NCBI GenBank assembly: GCA_963727485.1
Contig: CAVSGM010000011.1
Span: 96,001 to 160,000 of the forward strand
Reading direction: 5' to 3'
Source of the DNA: an uncultured delta proteobacterium
GTDB taxonomy: Bacteria > Myxococcota > Myxococcia > SLRQ01
Length of the DNA: 64,000 bases
Positions within the stretch are counted from its first letter, which is position 1. Each line of letters begins with the position of its first letter. The notes beneath the pieces were generated by a model. The model was not told where the DNA came from, did not search any database, and saw nothing but the letters and a program-made list of their open reading frames with translations. Shown here in pieces: positions 1 to 10,849 of the stretch. The translations under genes were made by a program, and so were the position numbers.

Positions 1-651
1 TGCGCCGGCCCCCGAGCCGAGGCGAAGCCCGCGCCCGCCGCCACGCCCGCGCCCGCCGCGGCGGCGAAGCCCGCGCCCTCGCCCGCCGCCCCCGCGAAGC
101 CCCCGGCCGCCGCGAAGCCCCCGGCCGCCGCGAAGCCCGCCGCCGGAGGCATCGCGACCCTCGCCCTCGACAAGGGCAAGCGCGTCGTGACCATGCAGGG
201 CGCGCCGGCGCGCATCGTCATCCCCGACGGGTGGCACGTGGTGAAGCAGGACGCCCACCACCTCCTCTTCGCCCGCACCCCGGTCGCCGGCACCGTGCGC
301 CCGGTCATCCAGGTGAAGGTCAGCGCCGCCGCCAATCCCTCCGACGTCCCCTCGGTGGTCCACCAGGTGGTCCTCGCCGCCTTCGCCCCGGTGGACGGCG
401 GCGACCCCTCGAAGCTCAAGCTCCCCGACGGGTGGGACGGCGGCGCCCTCGGGCAGAGCGGGGTCTCGGGCCAGGGCGAGGTGAAGGTCGCGGGCAGGGC
501 CTACCAGACGCGGTGGCGCTACTTCGAGGCCACCGGCGGTCACACCCGCCTCGCCATCGCCGGCGCCTGCCCCCAGCGCGGCCCGGACAGCTGCGACGAG
601 GAGTTCGCCTCGGTGGTCAGCTCCTTCGTGACCAGCGCCACCGACAAGTAG
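1..651 (+). CDS. Hypothetical protein, 5'-truncated by window, with Ala/Lys/Pro-rich linker
   Basis: Frame open from base 1 (AKPAPAA/AKPPAA repeats at 1-150) into the 187..651 ORF; GC3-rich codons. Confidence 0.6.
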   Translation, partial: CAGPRAEAKPAPAATPAPAAAAKPAPSPAAPAKPPAAAKPPAAAKPAAGGIATLALDKGKRVVTMQGAPARIVIPDGWHVVKQDAHHLLFARTPVAGTVRPVIQVKVSAAANPSDVPSVVHQVVLAAFAPVDGGDPSKLKLPDGWDGGALGQSGVSGQGEVKVAGRAYQTRWRYFEATGGHTRLAIAGACPQRGPDSCDEEFASVVSSFVTSATDK

Positions 652-658
652 CGGGCCC

Positions 659-1114
659 ATGCTCCACTTCGGCGGCACCCACCTCCCCAGCCTGCTCCGC
701 GACCTGCCGGGCATGACCCTCTATGTCCTGACCCTGGCGGTGCTCCTGGTGAAGATGCAGGCGGTGGCCGCCTGGACCGGCGTCGTCCGCGCCCGGGTCG
801 GCAGCCCCAACCCCGAGGACCACCCGGACGGCCAGGCCCCGGCCACCGAGCACCCGGACCTGTTGCGCTGCCGCCGCGCCCACCGCAACGACCTGGAGAA
901 CATCCCCACGTTCCTCGTCCTGGCCCTCGTGGCGGTCCTGGTGGGGGTGCCGACGACGGGCCTGTGGATCTGCTTCGGCGCCTTCGTGGTGGCCCGGGTG
1001 GCCCACTCGATCTTCTACCTCTCGGCGACCCAGCCCTGGCGCTCCCGGAGCTACGGCATCGGGCTCCTGGCGACCCTGGGGCTCCTGGTCCTGGTGCTGG
1101 TCCGGGTGGTCTAG
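659..1114 (+). CDS. MAPEG family membrane protein
   Basis: RCRRAHRNDLENIP and ARVAHSIFY motifs; about four hydrophobic helices. Confidence 0.85.
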   Translation: MLHFGGTHLPSLLRDLPGMTLYVLTLAVLLVKMQAVAAWTGVVRARVGSPNPEDHPDGQAPATEHPDLLRCRRAHRNDLENIPTFLVLALVAVLVGVPTTGLWICFGAFVVARVAHSIFYLSATQPWRSRSYGIGLLATLGLLVLVLVRVV

Positions 1115-1158
1115 AAGGCGTGGCCCCAGGCGCGCCGATGCGCTAGGCTGCGCGCCCC

Positions 1159-2694
1159 ATGGCCACCAAGACCGCGATCAGCCCGACCCGAGACGAGAAC
1201 TACCCCGAGTGGTACCAGCAGGTGGTGCGCGCCGCCGACCTGGCGGAGCACTCGCCGGTCCGCGGCTGCATGATCATCAAGCCCTGGGGCTACGCCCTGT
1301 GGGAGAACATCCAGCGCCGCCTCGACCGGATGTTCAAGGACACCGGCCACAAGAACGCCTACTTCCCGCTCTTCATCCCCAAGAGCTTCCTGGAGAAGGA
1401 GGCCGAGCACGTCGAGGGCTTCGCCAAGGAGTGCGCGGTGGTCACCCACCACCGCCTGGAGGCCGGCCCCGAGGGCGGGCTGGTCCCCGCCGGCGAGCTC
1501 GAGGAGCCCCTGGTGGTGCGGCCCACCTCGGAGACCATCATCGGCGACGCGTTCTCCAAGTGGGTGACGAGCTACCGCGACCTGCCCCTGCTCATCAACC
1601 AGTGGGCCAACGTGGTCCGGTGGGAGATGCGCACCCGGATGTTCCTGCGGACCAGCGAGTTCCTCTGGCAGGAGGGGCACACGGTCCACGTCGACGAGGC
1701 CGACGCCCGGGCCGAGACCATGCGCATGCTCGGGGTCTACGCGGACTTCGCCGAGCAGTACATGGCCATGCCCGTCATCCGCGGGGCCAAGCCCGCCCAC
1801 GAGCGCTTCCCCGGCGCCGTGGACACCTACGCCATCGAGGCCATGATGCAGGACCGCAAGGCCCTGCAGGCGGGCACCAGCCACTACCTGGGGCAGAACT
1901 TCGCGAAGGCCCAGGAAATCCAGTTCCTCGACGCCGACGGCGAGCGCAAGTTCGCCCACACCACCAGCTGGGGCGTCTCCACCCGGCTCATCGGCGGCAT
2001 GATCATGGCCCACGCCGACGACGACGGGATGGTGATGCCCCCGAAGCTCGCGCCGACCCACGTGGTCATCCTGCCCATCACCTTCCGCGCCGACGATCCC
2101 GCCAAGGTGCTCGCGTACTGCGAGTCGCTCGCCCGGGAGCTCCGGGACCAGCGCTACGCCGGACGCGACCTCGAGGTGGAGATCGACGCCCGGGACATCC
2201 GCGGCGGCGAGAAGACCTGGCAGTGGGTGAAGAAGGGCGTGCCCCTGCGCCTCGAGGTGGGCCCCCGGGACATGGCCGACGACGCGGTGTTCATGGCCCG
2301 GCGCGACAAGGGCGCCAAGGACAAGGTCTCGGTGCCGAGGGCCCAGTTCCTCGCCGAGGTCACCCAGATCCTCGACGAGATCCAGACCGGTCTCTTCGAG
2401 CGCGCCAAGGCGTTCCGCGAGGCGCACACGCAGGTCATCGACGACAAGGACGCGTTCTACAAGTTCTTCACGCCCAAGAACGCCGACCAGCCGGAGATCC
2501 ACGGGGGCTTCGCCCTGACCCACTGGAGCGGCGACCACGACGTCGCCGAGCAGATCCAGACGGATCTGGGCGTGACCATCCGCTGCATCCCCACCGACGA
2601 TCCGGCGAACCCGGCGATCGGCGCCGAGCCGGGGACCTGCCCTTTCTCGGGCAAGCCCAGCCCCCGGCGGGTGGTCTGGGCCAAGGCCTACTAG
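1159..2694 (+). CDS. proS: Proline--tRNA ligase, archaeal/eukaryote-like type
   Basis: [54 protein letters not shown], C-terminal AKAY. Confidence 0.97.
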   Translation: [511 protein letters not shown]

Positions 2695-2713
2695 CGTCCC
2701 CGGGCGGCGGGGC

Positions 2714-3496
2714 TCACCAGGGCACCGGCGCCCCGTCCCGGAACATCCCGCCGGTGGGCCCGTCCGCCGGGAGCGTCGCCGCCCAGGTGATCCCGGCCGC
2801 GCCGTCCTCCACGCTCCGGGGCGCCGCGGCGCCGCCCATGTCCGTGCGCACCCAGCCCGGGCCCACGGCGTTCACCTTCAGCTTCGGCCAGGCGCGGGCG
2901 TAGACCCGGGTCATGGCGCCGAGCGCCGCCTTGGAGGTGCCGTACGCCGACGAGGGCAGCCCCGCGTCCCGGTAGCGGCCCTTGGCCACCAGCTCGGGGA
3001 AGCGCCGGCACAGGTCCAGGACCGCCGCGCGATCCGGGGCCTCGGCGCCGAGGATCGCCAGCGCCTCGCCGTCGAGGCCCGAGAGGGACCCGAGGCCGCT
3101 GGAGACCATGACCACCCGGCCGCCCGCGCGCATCCGGGGGAGCAGGGCGTCGGTGACCCGCACCGCGCCGAAGAGGTTCACCGCCAGCGTCCCGCGGACC
3201 ACCTCGGCGTCGAAGCCGTGCATGGAGATCCCGGCGTTGTTCACCAGGGCGTCGAGGGGGCCCTCGAGGCGCGCCGCCAGCGCCTCGACCGAGGCGTCGT
3301 CGGTGACGTCGAGGACCTCGGGGACCACCTCGCCGCCGGCGCCTTCGAGCGACGCGGCGGCGGCCCGGGCCTTCTCGGCGTCGCGGGCGGTGAGGAGGAC
3401 GCGCCAGCCCCGGGCGGCGAGCTGGCGGCAGGTCTCGAGGCCGAGGCCCCGGTTGCCGCCGGTGACCAGGGCGAGAGGGGCGGTGTCGGTGGGCAT
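2714..3496 (-). CDS. SDR oxidoreductase (carbonyl reductase-like)
   Basis: TGGNRGLG, NNAG, YGTSK, PGWVRTDMGG. Confidence 0.92.
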   Translation of the reverse strand: MPTDTAPLALVTGGNRGLGLETCRQLAARGWRVLLTARDAEKARAAAASLEGAGGEVVPEVLDVTDDASVEALAARLEGPLDALVNNAGISMHGFDAEVVRGTLAVNLFGAVRVTDALLPRMRAGGRVVMVSSGLGSLSGLDGEALAILGAEAPDRAAVLDLCRRFPELVAKGRYRDAGLPSSAYGTSKAALGAMTRVYARAWPKLKVNAVGPGWVRTDMGGAAAPRSVEDGAAGITWAATLPADGPTGGMFRDGAPVPW

Positions 3497-3628
3497 GGGC
3501 GAGAGGCTAGGACAGGGTGGGGCGCCTGCCCACTCGCGCCAGCCCGTGGAGGATTCTCCCTAGCCCGTCCGGGGGGACCCGGCTATTCTGGAGCGTGGCG
3601 TCCGGCCCCTGGGCCGGCGTCGCTCACC

Positions 3629-4270
3629 ATGCCCGACCCCCAGACCGTCCTCCTCGTCGAAGACCACCCCGCCACCGCCCGCGCCTACGCCGAGCTCATC
3701 CGGACGGGCCGCGGCTTCCGCGTCCTCACCGCCCTCACCCTCGCCGGCGCCCTGGCCTTCTGCGGCACCCCGGGCCTGGCGCTGGCCCTGGTGGACCTGG
3801 GGCTCCCCGACGGCGAGGGCCACGACCTGGTGCGGCGCCTCGCCCGCTGCGACCCGCCGGTCCCCAGCGTGGTCATCACCAACCGCGACGACCGCCGCAG
3901 CCTCATGGCCGCGGTCCACGCCGGGACCCGGGGCTACGTCCTCAAGGACGAGGACCCGGCCTTCGTGCTCCAGGTGGTCGACGAGGCCCTCCGGGGCGAG
4001 GTGCCCCTCTCCGGGCGCATGGCGGGAGCCCTCCTGGAGCTGGTACGCACCGAGCAGCCCCAGCCCCCGGCGGTGCCCCTGACCCCGCGGGAGCGCGACC
4101 TCCTCCAGCTCTTCGCCAAGGGCATGACCTATGGCGAGTGCGCGGCGCTCATGGGCATCGCCCTCGGCACCGTCCAGGACCACGTCAAGCGCCTCTACCC
4201 CAAGCTCGGGGTGAGCACCAAGGCCGAGGCGACGGCGCTCGCCATCCACTGCGGGCTGGTGGAGGCCTAG
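3629..4270 (+). CDS. NarL/LuxR-family response regulator
   Basis: LLVEDH...LVDLGLPDG receiver plus LTPRE...TVQDHVKRLYPKLGV HTH; ATG 3629 chosen inside the longer ORF. Confidence 0.92.
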   Translation: MPDPQTVLLVEDHPATARAYAELIRTGRGFRVLTALTLAGALAFCGTPGLALALVDLGLPDGEGHDLVRRLARCDPPVPSVVITNRDDRRSLMAAVHAGTRGYVLKDEDPAFVLQVVDEALRGEVPLSGRMAGALLELVRTEQPQPPAVPLTPRERDLLQLFAKGMTYGECAALMGIALGTVQDHVKRLYPKLGVSTKAEATALAIHCGLVEA

Positions 4271-4273
4271 GGG

Positions 4274-5533
4274 GTGGCCGCGGTCGACCGCTCGGACCCG
4301 GAGCTGGTCGCCGCCTACCACCAGGCCGTCGAGGATCGCGTCCCCGACGCCTTCGAGACCGTCCAGGGCGGCTGGGCGATCCTCGCCTACCTGGCCATGG
4401 GGGCGCTGGTCACGGGGTTCACCCAGATCCCGGCGCTCAAGCCCATCTTCAAGGTGGGCCTGTGGCCGGTGGCCGTGGTGGTCGGCTCCAACGAGCTCAT
4501 CTTCATCAGCCAGGCGTGGCTGGTGAAGCGCTTCGGCGCCCGGAGCCGGGTGATGGTCGTCCACCAGTGGGTCGACACCTTCGCCACCATCGGCTCGGGG
4601 GTGTGGCTGGTGTGGCTGTCCGGCTCGGCGACGAGCATCTGGTGGTTCATCGTGGTGGCCCAGGTGCTCGTCACCGGCAAGCGGGTGAAGCTCAAGCGCC
4701 TCAACTTCGCGGTCCTCGACGGGTTCTGCCTGGCGCTCGCCGCGGCCTTCGGCCTCGCCGGGCACCCGGGCGACATGTGGGTCTCGGTGATGCTCACCGT
4801 GATCGTCACCTACATCCTCTGGGTGATGGTCTCCGACGAGGAGAAGGCCACCTGGCTCCAGGCGGAGAAGGACCTCCTCGAGCGGCGGCTGACGACCCTC
4901 GAGGTCGAGCGGGAGCGCGAGCGCATCGCCCGGGATCTCCACGACGGCCTCGGCGCCGAGCTCACCGGCCTGGTGCTCCGGGCGCGGCGGGCCACCGCCG
5001 ACGCCAACACCGCCCAGCTCGCCGCCGCCGACGAGGTCATCGGCGACGCGAGGCGGATCCTCGACGAGCTGCGGGACGTGGTGTGGAACCTCGGCCCCGA
5101 CGGCGCCAGGTGGGCCGAGCTGGTGGACCGGGTGCGCCGCAAGGGCGGCGACCTCTTCGGTGACGAGGTGGCCTTCGACGTGGTGGACGCCGGCTGCCCC
5201 GAGGGCTTCCGCATCCCCGAGGGCCTGGGCACCCACCCCCTGCGGATGGTGCTGGAGCTGCTGCGCAACGCCCGGACCCACGCCCGGGCGAGGCGGGTCA
5301 CCGTGGCCCTCGCCGCCGACACCGAGGCGCTGCGGATCACGGTCGCGGACGACGGCGTGGGCCTCGATCCCGAGGCCGCGGTGGCGAGCGCCGGGGGCCT
5401 GGCGCACCTGCGTGCCCGGGCCCAGAGCCTCGGCGGTACCGTGACCGTGACGGGCGGTGAGGGTGGGGCCAGGGTGGATGTGGTCCTGCCGCTTCCCTCG
5501 GCTGACGGGGTGCGCCTCGAGCCGGCGGTCTGA
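4274..5533 (+). CDS. Membrane sensor histidine kinase (HisKA_3 type)
   Basis: Multi-TM N-terminus; ERERIARDLHDGLG H-box; ELLRNARTHA N-box; DDGVG. Confidence 0.92.
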   Translation: MAAVDRSDPELVAAYHQAVEDRVPDAFETVQGGWAILAYLAMGALVTGFTQIPALKPIFKVGLWPVAVVVGSNELIFISQAWLVKRFGARSRVMVVHQWVDTFATIGSGVWLVWLSGSATSIWWFIVVAQVLVTGKRVKLKRLNFAVLDGFCLALAAAFGLAGHPGDMWVSVMLTVIVTYILWVMVSDEEKATWLQAEKDLLERRLTTLEVERERERIARDLHDGLGAELTGLVLRARRATADANTAQLAAADEVIGDARRILDELRDVVWNLGPDGARWAELVDRVRRKGGDLFGDEVAFDVVDAGCPEGFRIPEGLGTHPLRMVLELLRNARTHARARRVTVALAADTEALRITVADDGVGLDPEAAVASAGGLAHLRARAQSLGGTVTVTGGEGGARVDVVLPLPSADGVRLEPAV

Positions 5534-5665
5534 CGGGCGCACGGGGATCGAGGAGAGCACCTCCGGCGGCGCCGGGCATCCCCACGGGCATGGGGTGGGG
5601 CCGAGTTGGGGGCGCCGGCTAGCGTGGCATGAGCGCACCTCGACGCCACCCGAAAGGACTCGCCC

Positions 5666-7791
5666 ATGGCCTCCCGCCTCCGGATCCGCCCCATCCTCGC
5701 CCTCGCTGCCGCCCTGGGGCTCGTCGCCGCTTGCGGCCCGTCGGGTGGAGGCGGCGGCGACGGCGGGGGGCTCGGGCGGGACCGACGGGGGCACCGTAGG
5801 CGGGACCGACGGCGGCACCGTGGGCGGGACCGACGGCGGGCACCGTGGGCGGGACCGACGGCGGCACCGTGGGCGGGACCGACGGGGGCACCCCCGACGG
5901 CGGCGGCGGGGCCGGGAGTCTCGCCGGCGCCCTGACCCTGGACCTCGTCGCCGGCGACACCGGGGGGCCGGGGAGCTTCGACGGGACCGGACCTGCCGCC
6001 CGCTTCGACGCGCCCTGGGGCATCACCGGTGACGCGGCGGGGAACCTCTACGTCGCCGACCGGTTCAACGACACCATCCGCAAGATCGATCCCTCCGGCG
6101 CGGTCACCACCTTCGCGGGCCAGCCGACCCGCATCCCCGCGACCCCGGTTGACGGGACTGGCACCGCGGCCACGTTCAACGGCGTCTTCGGCATCGCCAT
6201 CGGCCCCCAGGGCAACCTCTACGTCAGCGAGATCAACGATGTCCGCAAGATCGCCCCGGACGGGACGGTGACCACCCTCGCCGGCACCCTCGGGTCCCCC
6301 GCCGGCGACCAGGACGGCACCGGGAGCGCCGCCAGCTTCGACGTCCCCGAGGGCATCGCCGTGGACGCCCAGGGGAACGTCTACGTCGCCGAGGCGATGG
6401 GCTGCGTCATCCGCAAGATCACCCCGTCGGGCGGGGTCACGACCCTCGCCGGCCAGGCGGGACAGCGGGGCCAGGCCGACGGAACCGGGAGCGCCGCGCG
6501 GTTCAACGACCCCGAGGCCCTGGCGGTCGGGCCCGCCGGCAACGTCTGGGTCTCCGACGCCTCAGGGATCCGCGAGATCACCCCGGGGGGAGTGGTGACC
6601 ACGCCCTATCCAGGCGTGTACGGGCAGGGCCTCGCCTTCGACGGCCAGGGGCACCTGCTCTACGACACCGTCACCGCCGTGGATCGCCTCGACGCCTCGG
6701 GCAGCAGCACCGTGGTCGCCGGGGCGGGCGGGCTGGGGCACGTGGACGGGCCCGCGGCGTCGGCCAAGTTCCTGTTCCCCAAGGGCCTCTTCCTCGACGC
6801 CTCGGGCAACATCTTCGTCGCCGGCTGGGGAAGCAGCTGCGTCCGGGAGGTGAGCGCCACCGGCACCGTGAGCACCGTGGCCGGCGTGGCCCCGGACAGC
6901 GGGCAGGACGTCGACGGCACCGGGGCCGCCGCCCGCTTCACCGAACCCACCCGTATCGCCGCCGACGGTCAGGGGGGCGCCTTCGTCCTGGAGGGCGACT
7001 CCAGCGGGAACCTGCCGACGGCCCTCAGGCACGTGGACGCCGCCGGCGCGGTCACCACGCTGTTCTCGGCAAGCCACAACGTGGCGTCCCAGTTCCTCGC
7101 TGCCACCCCCGACGGAACGCCGTACGTCGTCGGCAAGAGCGCCAGCTTCAACCCGGAGATCGACACGGTGGCGAGCGACGGGACCCTCACCCCCTTCGCC
7201 GGCGGGGCCGCCGGGGGCGCGGACGGGAAGGGGACCGCGGCGGGGCTCGGTACCGTCCGCAGCCTCACCGCCGACGCCGCCGGAAACCTGTGGCTCGTGG
7301 ATCTCGATCTCTCGACCTTCAAGAGCCGCATCCGGAAGATCACCCCCGACGGCACCGTGACCACCGTGGCGTCCGAGGCCGGGATGGGGTGGCAGCACCT
7401 GGCCGTCGATCCTTCGGGCAACGTCTATGCCCTGAGCACCTTCAGCGTGGTCTCGGTGGCCTCCGACGGCACCGCCCAGACCGTCGCGGGCCAGGCGCAG
7501 GACCTGGGCAACAGCGACGGGCAGGGCGCCGCTGCCACCTTCAACAGCCCCGGGGCGCTGGTCGCCGGCCCCGGCGGCGACCTCTTCGTCGCCGACACCG
7601 ACAACGGCCTCCTCCGCCGGGTCACCCCGGGGGGGACGGTGACCACCCTCCTGGGCGCCATCGGGACGCGCAAGATCGCCCCGGGGCCCCTGCCCACGAC
7701 CATCGACTCGCCCCAGGACCTGGACTTCGCCCACGACGGCAGCCTCCTCATCCTCGACGGCAACGCGCTCCTGAGGCTTCACGCGCACTAG
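5666..7791 (+). CDS. NHL-repeat beta-propeller lipoprotein; frameshifted in its GGTDGGTV repeat linker
   Basis: Signal peptide with LVAAC lipobox at 5666; repeated DGxGxAARF..P.GIA.D..GN.YVAD units in the 5845..7791 frame; two apparent +1 G insertions (~5768, ~5838) reconcile the frames. Confidence 0.8.
5774..5895 (+). repeat. About 5 tandem 24-bp units (gggcgggaccgacggcggcaccgt) coding GGTDGGTV
   Basis: Directly visible; one unit carries an extra G. Confidence 0.9.
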
Positions 7792-7834
7792 CCCGGTCCG
7801 CGCCGGGGCGGCACTCCGGGTAGACTGGTCGGGC

Positions 7835-9022
7835 ATGGCGCCGCCGAAGCACATCATCGTCGTGGGGGGCGGCCTCGGCGGCCTCGCCGTCGCCGCCGCC
7901 CTCAAGGTCGAGGGCCTCGAGGCCACGGTCCTGGAGCAGGCCCCGGTCCTCGGAGAGGTCGGCGCCGGCATCGCCCTGTGGAGCAACGCCGGGCGGGTGC
8001 TGCGCCACCTCGGTGTGGACCTCGACGCGGTGAGCCGGCCGGTGGACTTCACCGCGGTCGGAAGCGACTCGGGGAAGGTGCTCACCCAGGTCGAGCTGGC
8101 GCCCTTCTTCGCCCGCCGGGGCATCGCCGACCCCTGCCGCATCGTCCACCGGGCCGACCTCCACCGCCTGCTGCGCGAGAAGCTGGACCCGGCGCGCCTG
8201 CGCACCGGCGCCCGCTGCGTCGGGGTCGACGCCAGCGGGGCGCGGCCGGTGGTGCGCCTCGAGGGGGGCGAGGCGGTGGAGGCGGACCTGGTCATCGGCG
8301 CCGACGGGATCCGCTCGGCGGTCCGCGAAGCGGTCTTCCCCGGCGCGGTCCTCCGCTACGCCGGCGTCGTCGCCTGGCGGGGCATCGCCGAGCAGGGCCA
8401 CCCGGACCTGGGCACCCTCCGGGAGATCCAGGGCCACGGCGGCCGCTTCGGCGTCTGCCCCATCGACCCGGACCGCACCTACTGGTTCGCCACCCAGCCG
8501 GCCCCCGAAAGCTTCGACGTGCCCTCGGCCGAGCGCCGGGACGCGGTCCTGGCGCGCTTCGCCCACTTCCCCTTCGGCGCCCGGGACTGCGTGGAGGCCA
8601 CGCCCCCGGAGAAGATCCTCCTCGGGCCCCTCTGGGACCTGTGGCCGGTGCCGCCCCGGTGGGTGCAGGGCAAGGTGGTGCTCCTCGGGGACGCCGCCCA
8701 CGCCATGACCCCCAACCTGGGGCAGGGGGCGGCGACGGCCCTGGAGGACGCGGTGGTCCTGGCGCGCCTGGTGGCCAGGGCACCCGGCCTCGCCGCGGCC
8801 CTCTCGGCCTACGAGGCGACGCGGCGGCCCCGGGGGGAGACCCTGGTGGCCCGCTCGGCGCGCTTCGGGCGCATCGGGGACTGGGCGAACCCGGTGGCGG
8901 TGTGGGCCCGGGAGCTGGCCCTCCGCGTCACCCCCCGGAGGACCGCGGAGGCCATCTTCGCCGAGCAGGCGGGCTACGACGCGGTGGCCGACGCCGACCG
9001 GGCGCTGGCCGCCCTCGGCTGA
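7835..9022 (+). CDS. FAD-dependent monooxygenase
   Basis: GGGLGG, DLVIGADGIRS, LLGDAAHAMTPNLGQGA. Confidence 0.92.
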   Translation: MAPPKHIIVVGGGLGGLAVAAALKVEGLEATVLEQAPVLGEVGAGIALWSNAGRVLRHLGVDLDAVSRPVDFTAVGSDSGKVLTQVELAPFFARRGIADPCRIVHRADLHRLLREKLDPARLRTGARCVGVDASGARPVVRLEGGEAVEADLVIGADGIRSAVREAVFPGAVLRYAGVVAWRGIAEQGHPDLGTLREIQGHGGRFGVCPIDPDRTYWFATQPAPESFDVPSAERRDAVLARFAHFPFGARDCVEATPPEKILLGPLWDLWPVPPRWVQGKVVLLGDAAHAMTPNLGQGAATALEDAVVLARLVARAPGLAAALSAYEATRRPRGETLVARSARFGRIGDWANPVAVWARELALRVTPRRTAEAIFAEQAGYDAVADADRALAALG

Positions 9023-9097
9023 CCGGCGGTTGCCCCGGCGCCCCCGGCGCATAACCGATCGGGTGCGGGGCCGGTGCGCCCCGCGGGGGGACAACAG

Positions 9098-10849
9098 ATG
9101 AACCGGCGGCGCATCACCAAGCCCCGGACGGCGTGGCGCGGGACGCCGAACCTCGTCGACTACGACGCCGCCCGGCGCAGCTTCACCTGGGAGGCCGCCC
9201 GCGCCGAGCTCGACGGCCTCCCGGGAGGCGGGCTGAACCTGGCCCACGAGGCCGTGGACCGCCACGCCGCGGGCCCGCGTGCCCGCCACCTGGCCATCCG
9301 CTTCGTCGGCGAAGGCGGCCACCTGCTCGACCTCACCTACGCCGAGCTCGCCCGGGAGACCAGCCGCTTCGCCAACGTCCTCGACACCCTCGGCGTCGGC
9401 GCCGGCGAGGCGGTGTTCTGCCTCACCGGGCGCATCCCCGAGCTCTACGTCGCCGCGCTGGGCACCCTCAAGCACCGCTCGGTCTTCGCGCCGCTGTTCT
9501 CCGCCTTCGGCCCCGAGCCCATCGAGGCCCGGATCACCCGGGGCGAGGGCGTGGTCCTGGTCACCACCGCCCGCCTCTACCGGAAGAAGGTCGCGCCCAT
9601 CCGCGCGCGCCTGCCGACCCTGCGCGAGGTCCTGGTGGTCCCCGACGACGGGGGCCTCCCCGAGGGGACCCGCTCGCTCCCGGCGCTCCTGACCGCCGCC
9701 TCCGACCAGTTCGAGATCCCGCCCACCAATCCCGAGGACCGGGCGCTGCTCCACTTCACCAGCGGCACCACCGGCACCCCCAAGGGCGCCATCCATGTCC
9801 ACGAGGCGGTGGTCGCCCACCACTACACCACCAAGGTCGCCCTCGACCTCCACCCCGACGACATCTTCTGGTGCACCGCCGACCCGGGGTGGGTCACCGG
9901 GACCAGCTACGGCATCCTCGGGCCGCTGACCATCGGCGCCACCCTGATCGTCGACGCCGGGGAGTTCGACGCCGACCGCTGGTACCAGATCCTCGAGTCC
10001 CAGGGGGTGAGCGTCTGGTACACCGCGCCCACCGCGGTGCGGATGATGATGAAGTCCGGCGCCGACCTCGCCCGGCCCCACCGCTTCGACCGCCTGCGCT
10101 TCATCGCCAGCGTCGGCGAGCCCTTGAACCCCGAGGCGGTCTACTGGGGCGAGGAGGTCTTCGGCCTGCCCATCCACGACAACTGGTGGCAGACGGAGAC
10201 CGGGGCGATCCTGATCGCCAACCTCGCGGCGCTGGAGATCCGCCCGGGGTCCATGGGCCGGCCGCTCCCCGGGGTCGAGGCCGCCATCGTCCGCCACACC
10301 GACGAGGGGGTCGCGGTGCTCCCGGCGGGCGAGGAGGGCGAGCTGGCGCTGCGCCCCGGGTGGCCCTCGATGTTCCGGGGCTACCTGAACCAGGACGACC
10401 GGTACCGCGCCTGCTTCGCCTCGGGCTGGTACCTGTCCGGCGACCTCGCGCGGATGGATGCCGACGGCTACGTCTGGTTCGTGGGCCGCGCCGACGACGT
10501 GATCAAGTCGGCGGGCCACCTCATCGGGCCCTTCGAGGTGGAGAGCGTGCTCCTGGAGCACCCGGCGGTGGCCGAGGCCGGGGTCATCGGCGTCCCCGAT
10601 CCGGTGATGGGCGAGCTGGTGAAGGCCTTCGTGTCGCTCAAGGGCAAGCGGCTCCCCGACGAGGCCCTGGAGCGCGAGCTGATGGCGCTGGCGCGCACCC
10701 GCCTGGGGCCGGCGGTGGCCCCGCGGACCATCGCCTTCCTGCCCTCGCTCCCCCGGACCCGCAGCGGCAAGATCATGCGCCGGCTCCTCAAGGCCCGGGA
10801 GCTCGGCCTCCCCGAAGGCGACCTCTCGACCCTGGAGGCGGCGCCATGA
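9098..10849 (+). CDS. acsA: Acetate--CoA ligase (AcsA-type AMP-forming)
   Basis: [42 protein letters not shown]. Confidence 0.9.
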   Translation: MNRRRITKPRTAWRGTPNLVDYDAARRSFTWEAARAELDGLPGGGLNLAHEAVDRHAAGPRARHLAIRFVGEGGHLLDLTYAELARETSRFANVLDTLGVGAGEAVFCLTGRIPELYVAALGTLKHRSVFAPLFSAFGPEPIEARITRGEGVVLVTTARLYRKKVAPIRARLPTLREVLVVPDDGGLPEGTRSLPALLTAASDQFEIPPTNPEDRALLHFTSGTTGTPKGAIHVHEAVVAHHYTTKVALDLHPDDIFWCTADPGWVTGTSYGILGPLTIGATLIVDAGEFDADRWYQILESQGVSVWYTAPTAVRMMMKSGADLARPHRFDRLRFIASVGEPLNPEAVYWGEEVFGLPIHDNWWQTETGAILIANLAALEIRPGSMGRPLPGVEAAIVRHTDEGVAVLPAGEEGELALRPGWPSMFRGYLNQDDRYRACFASGWYLSGDLARMDADGYVWFVGRADDVIKSAGHLIGPFEVESVLLEHPAVAEAGVIGVPDPVMGELVKAFVSLKGKRLPDEALERELMALARTRLGPAVAPRTIAFLPSLPRTRSGKIMRRLLKARELGLPEGDLSTLEAAP

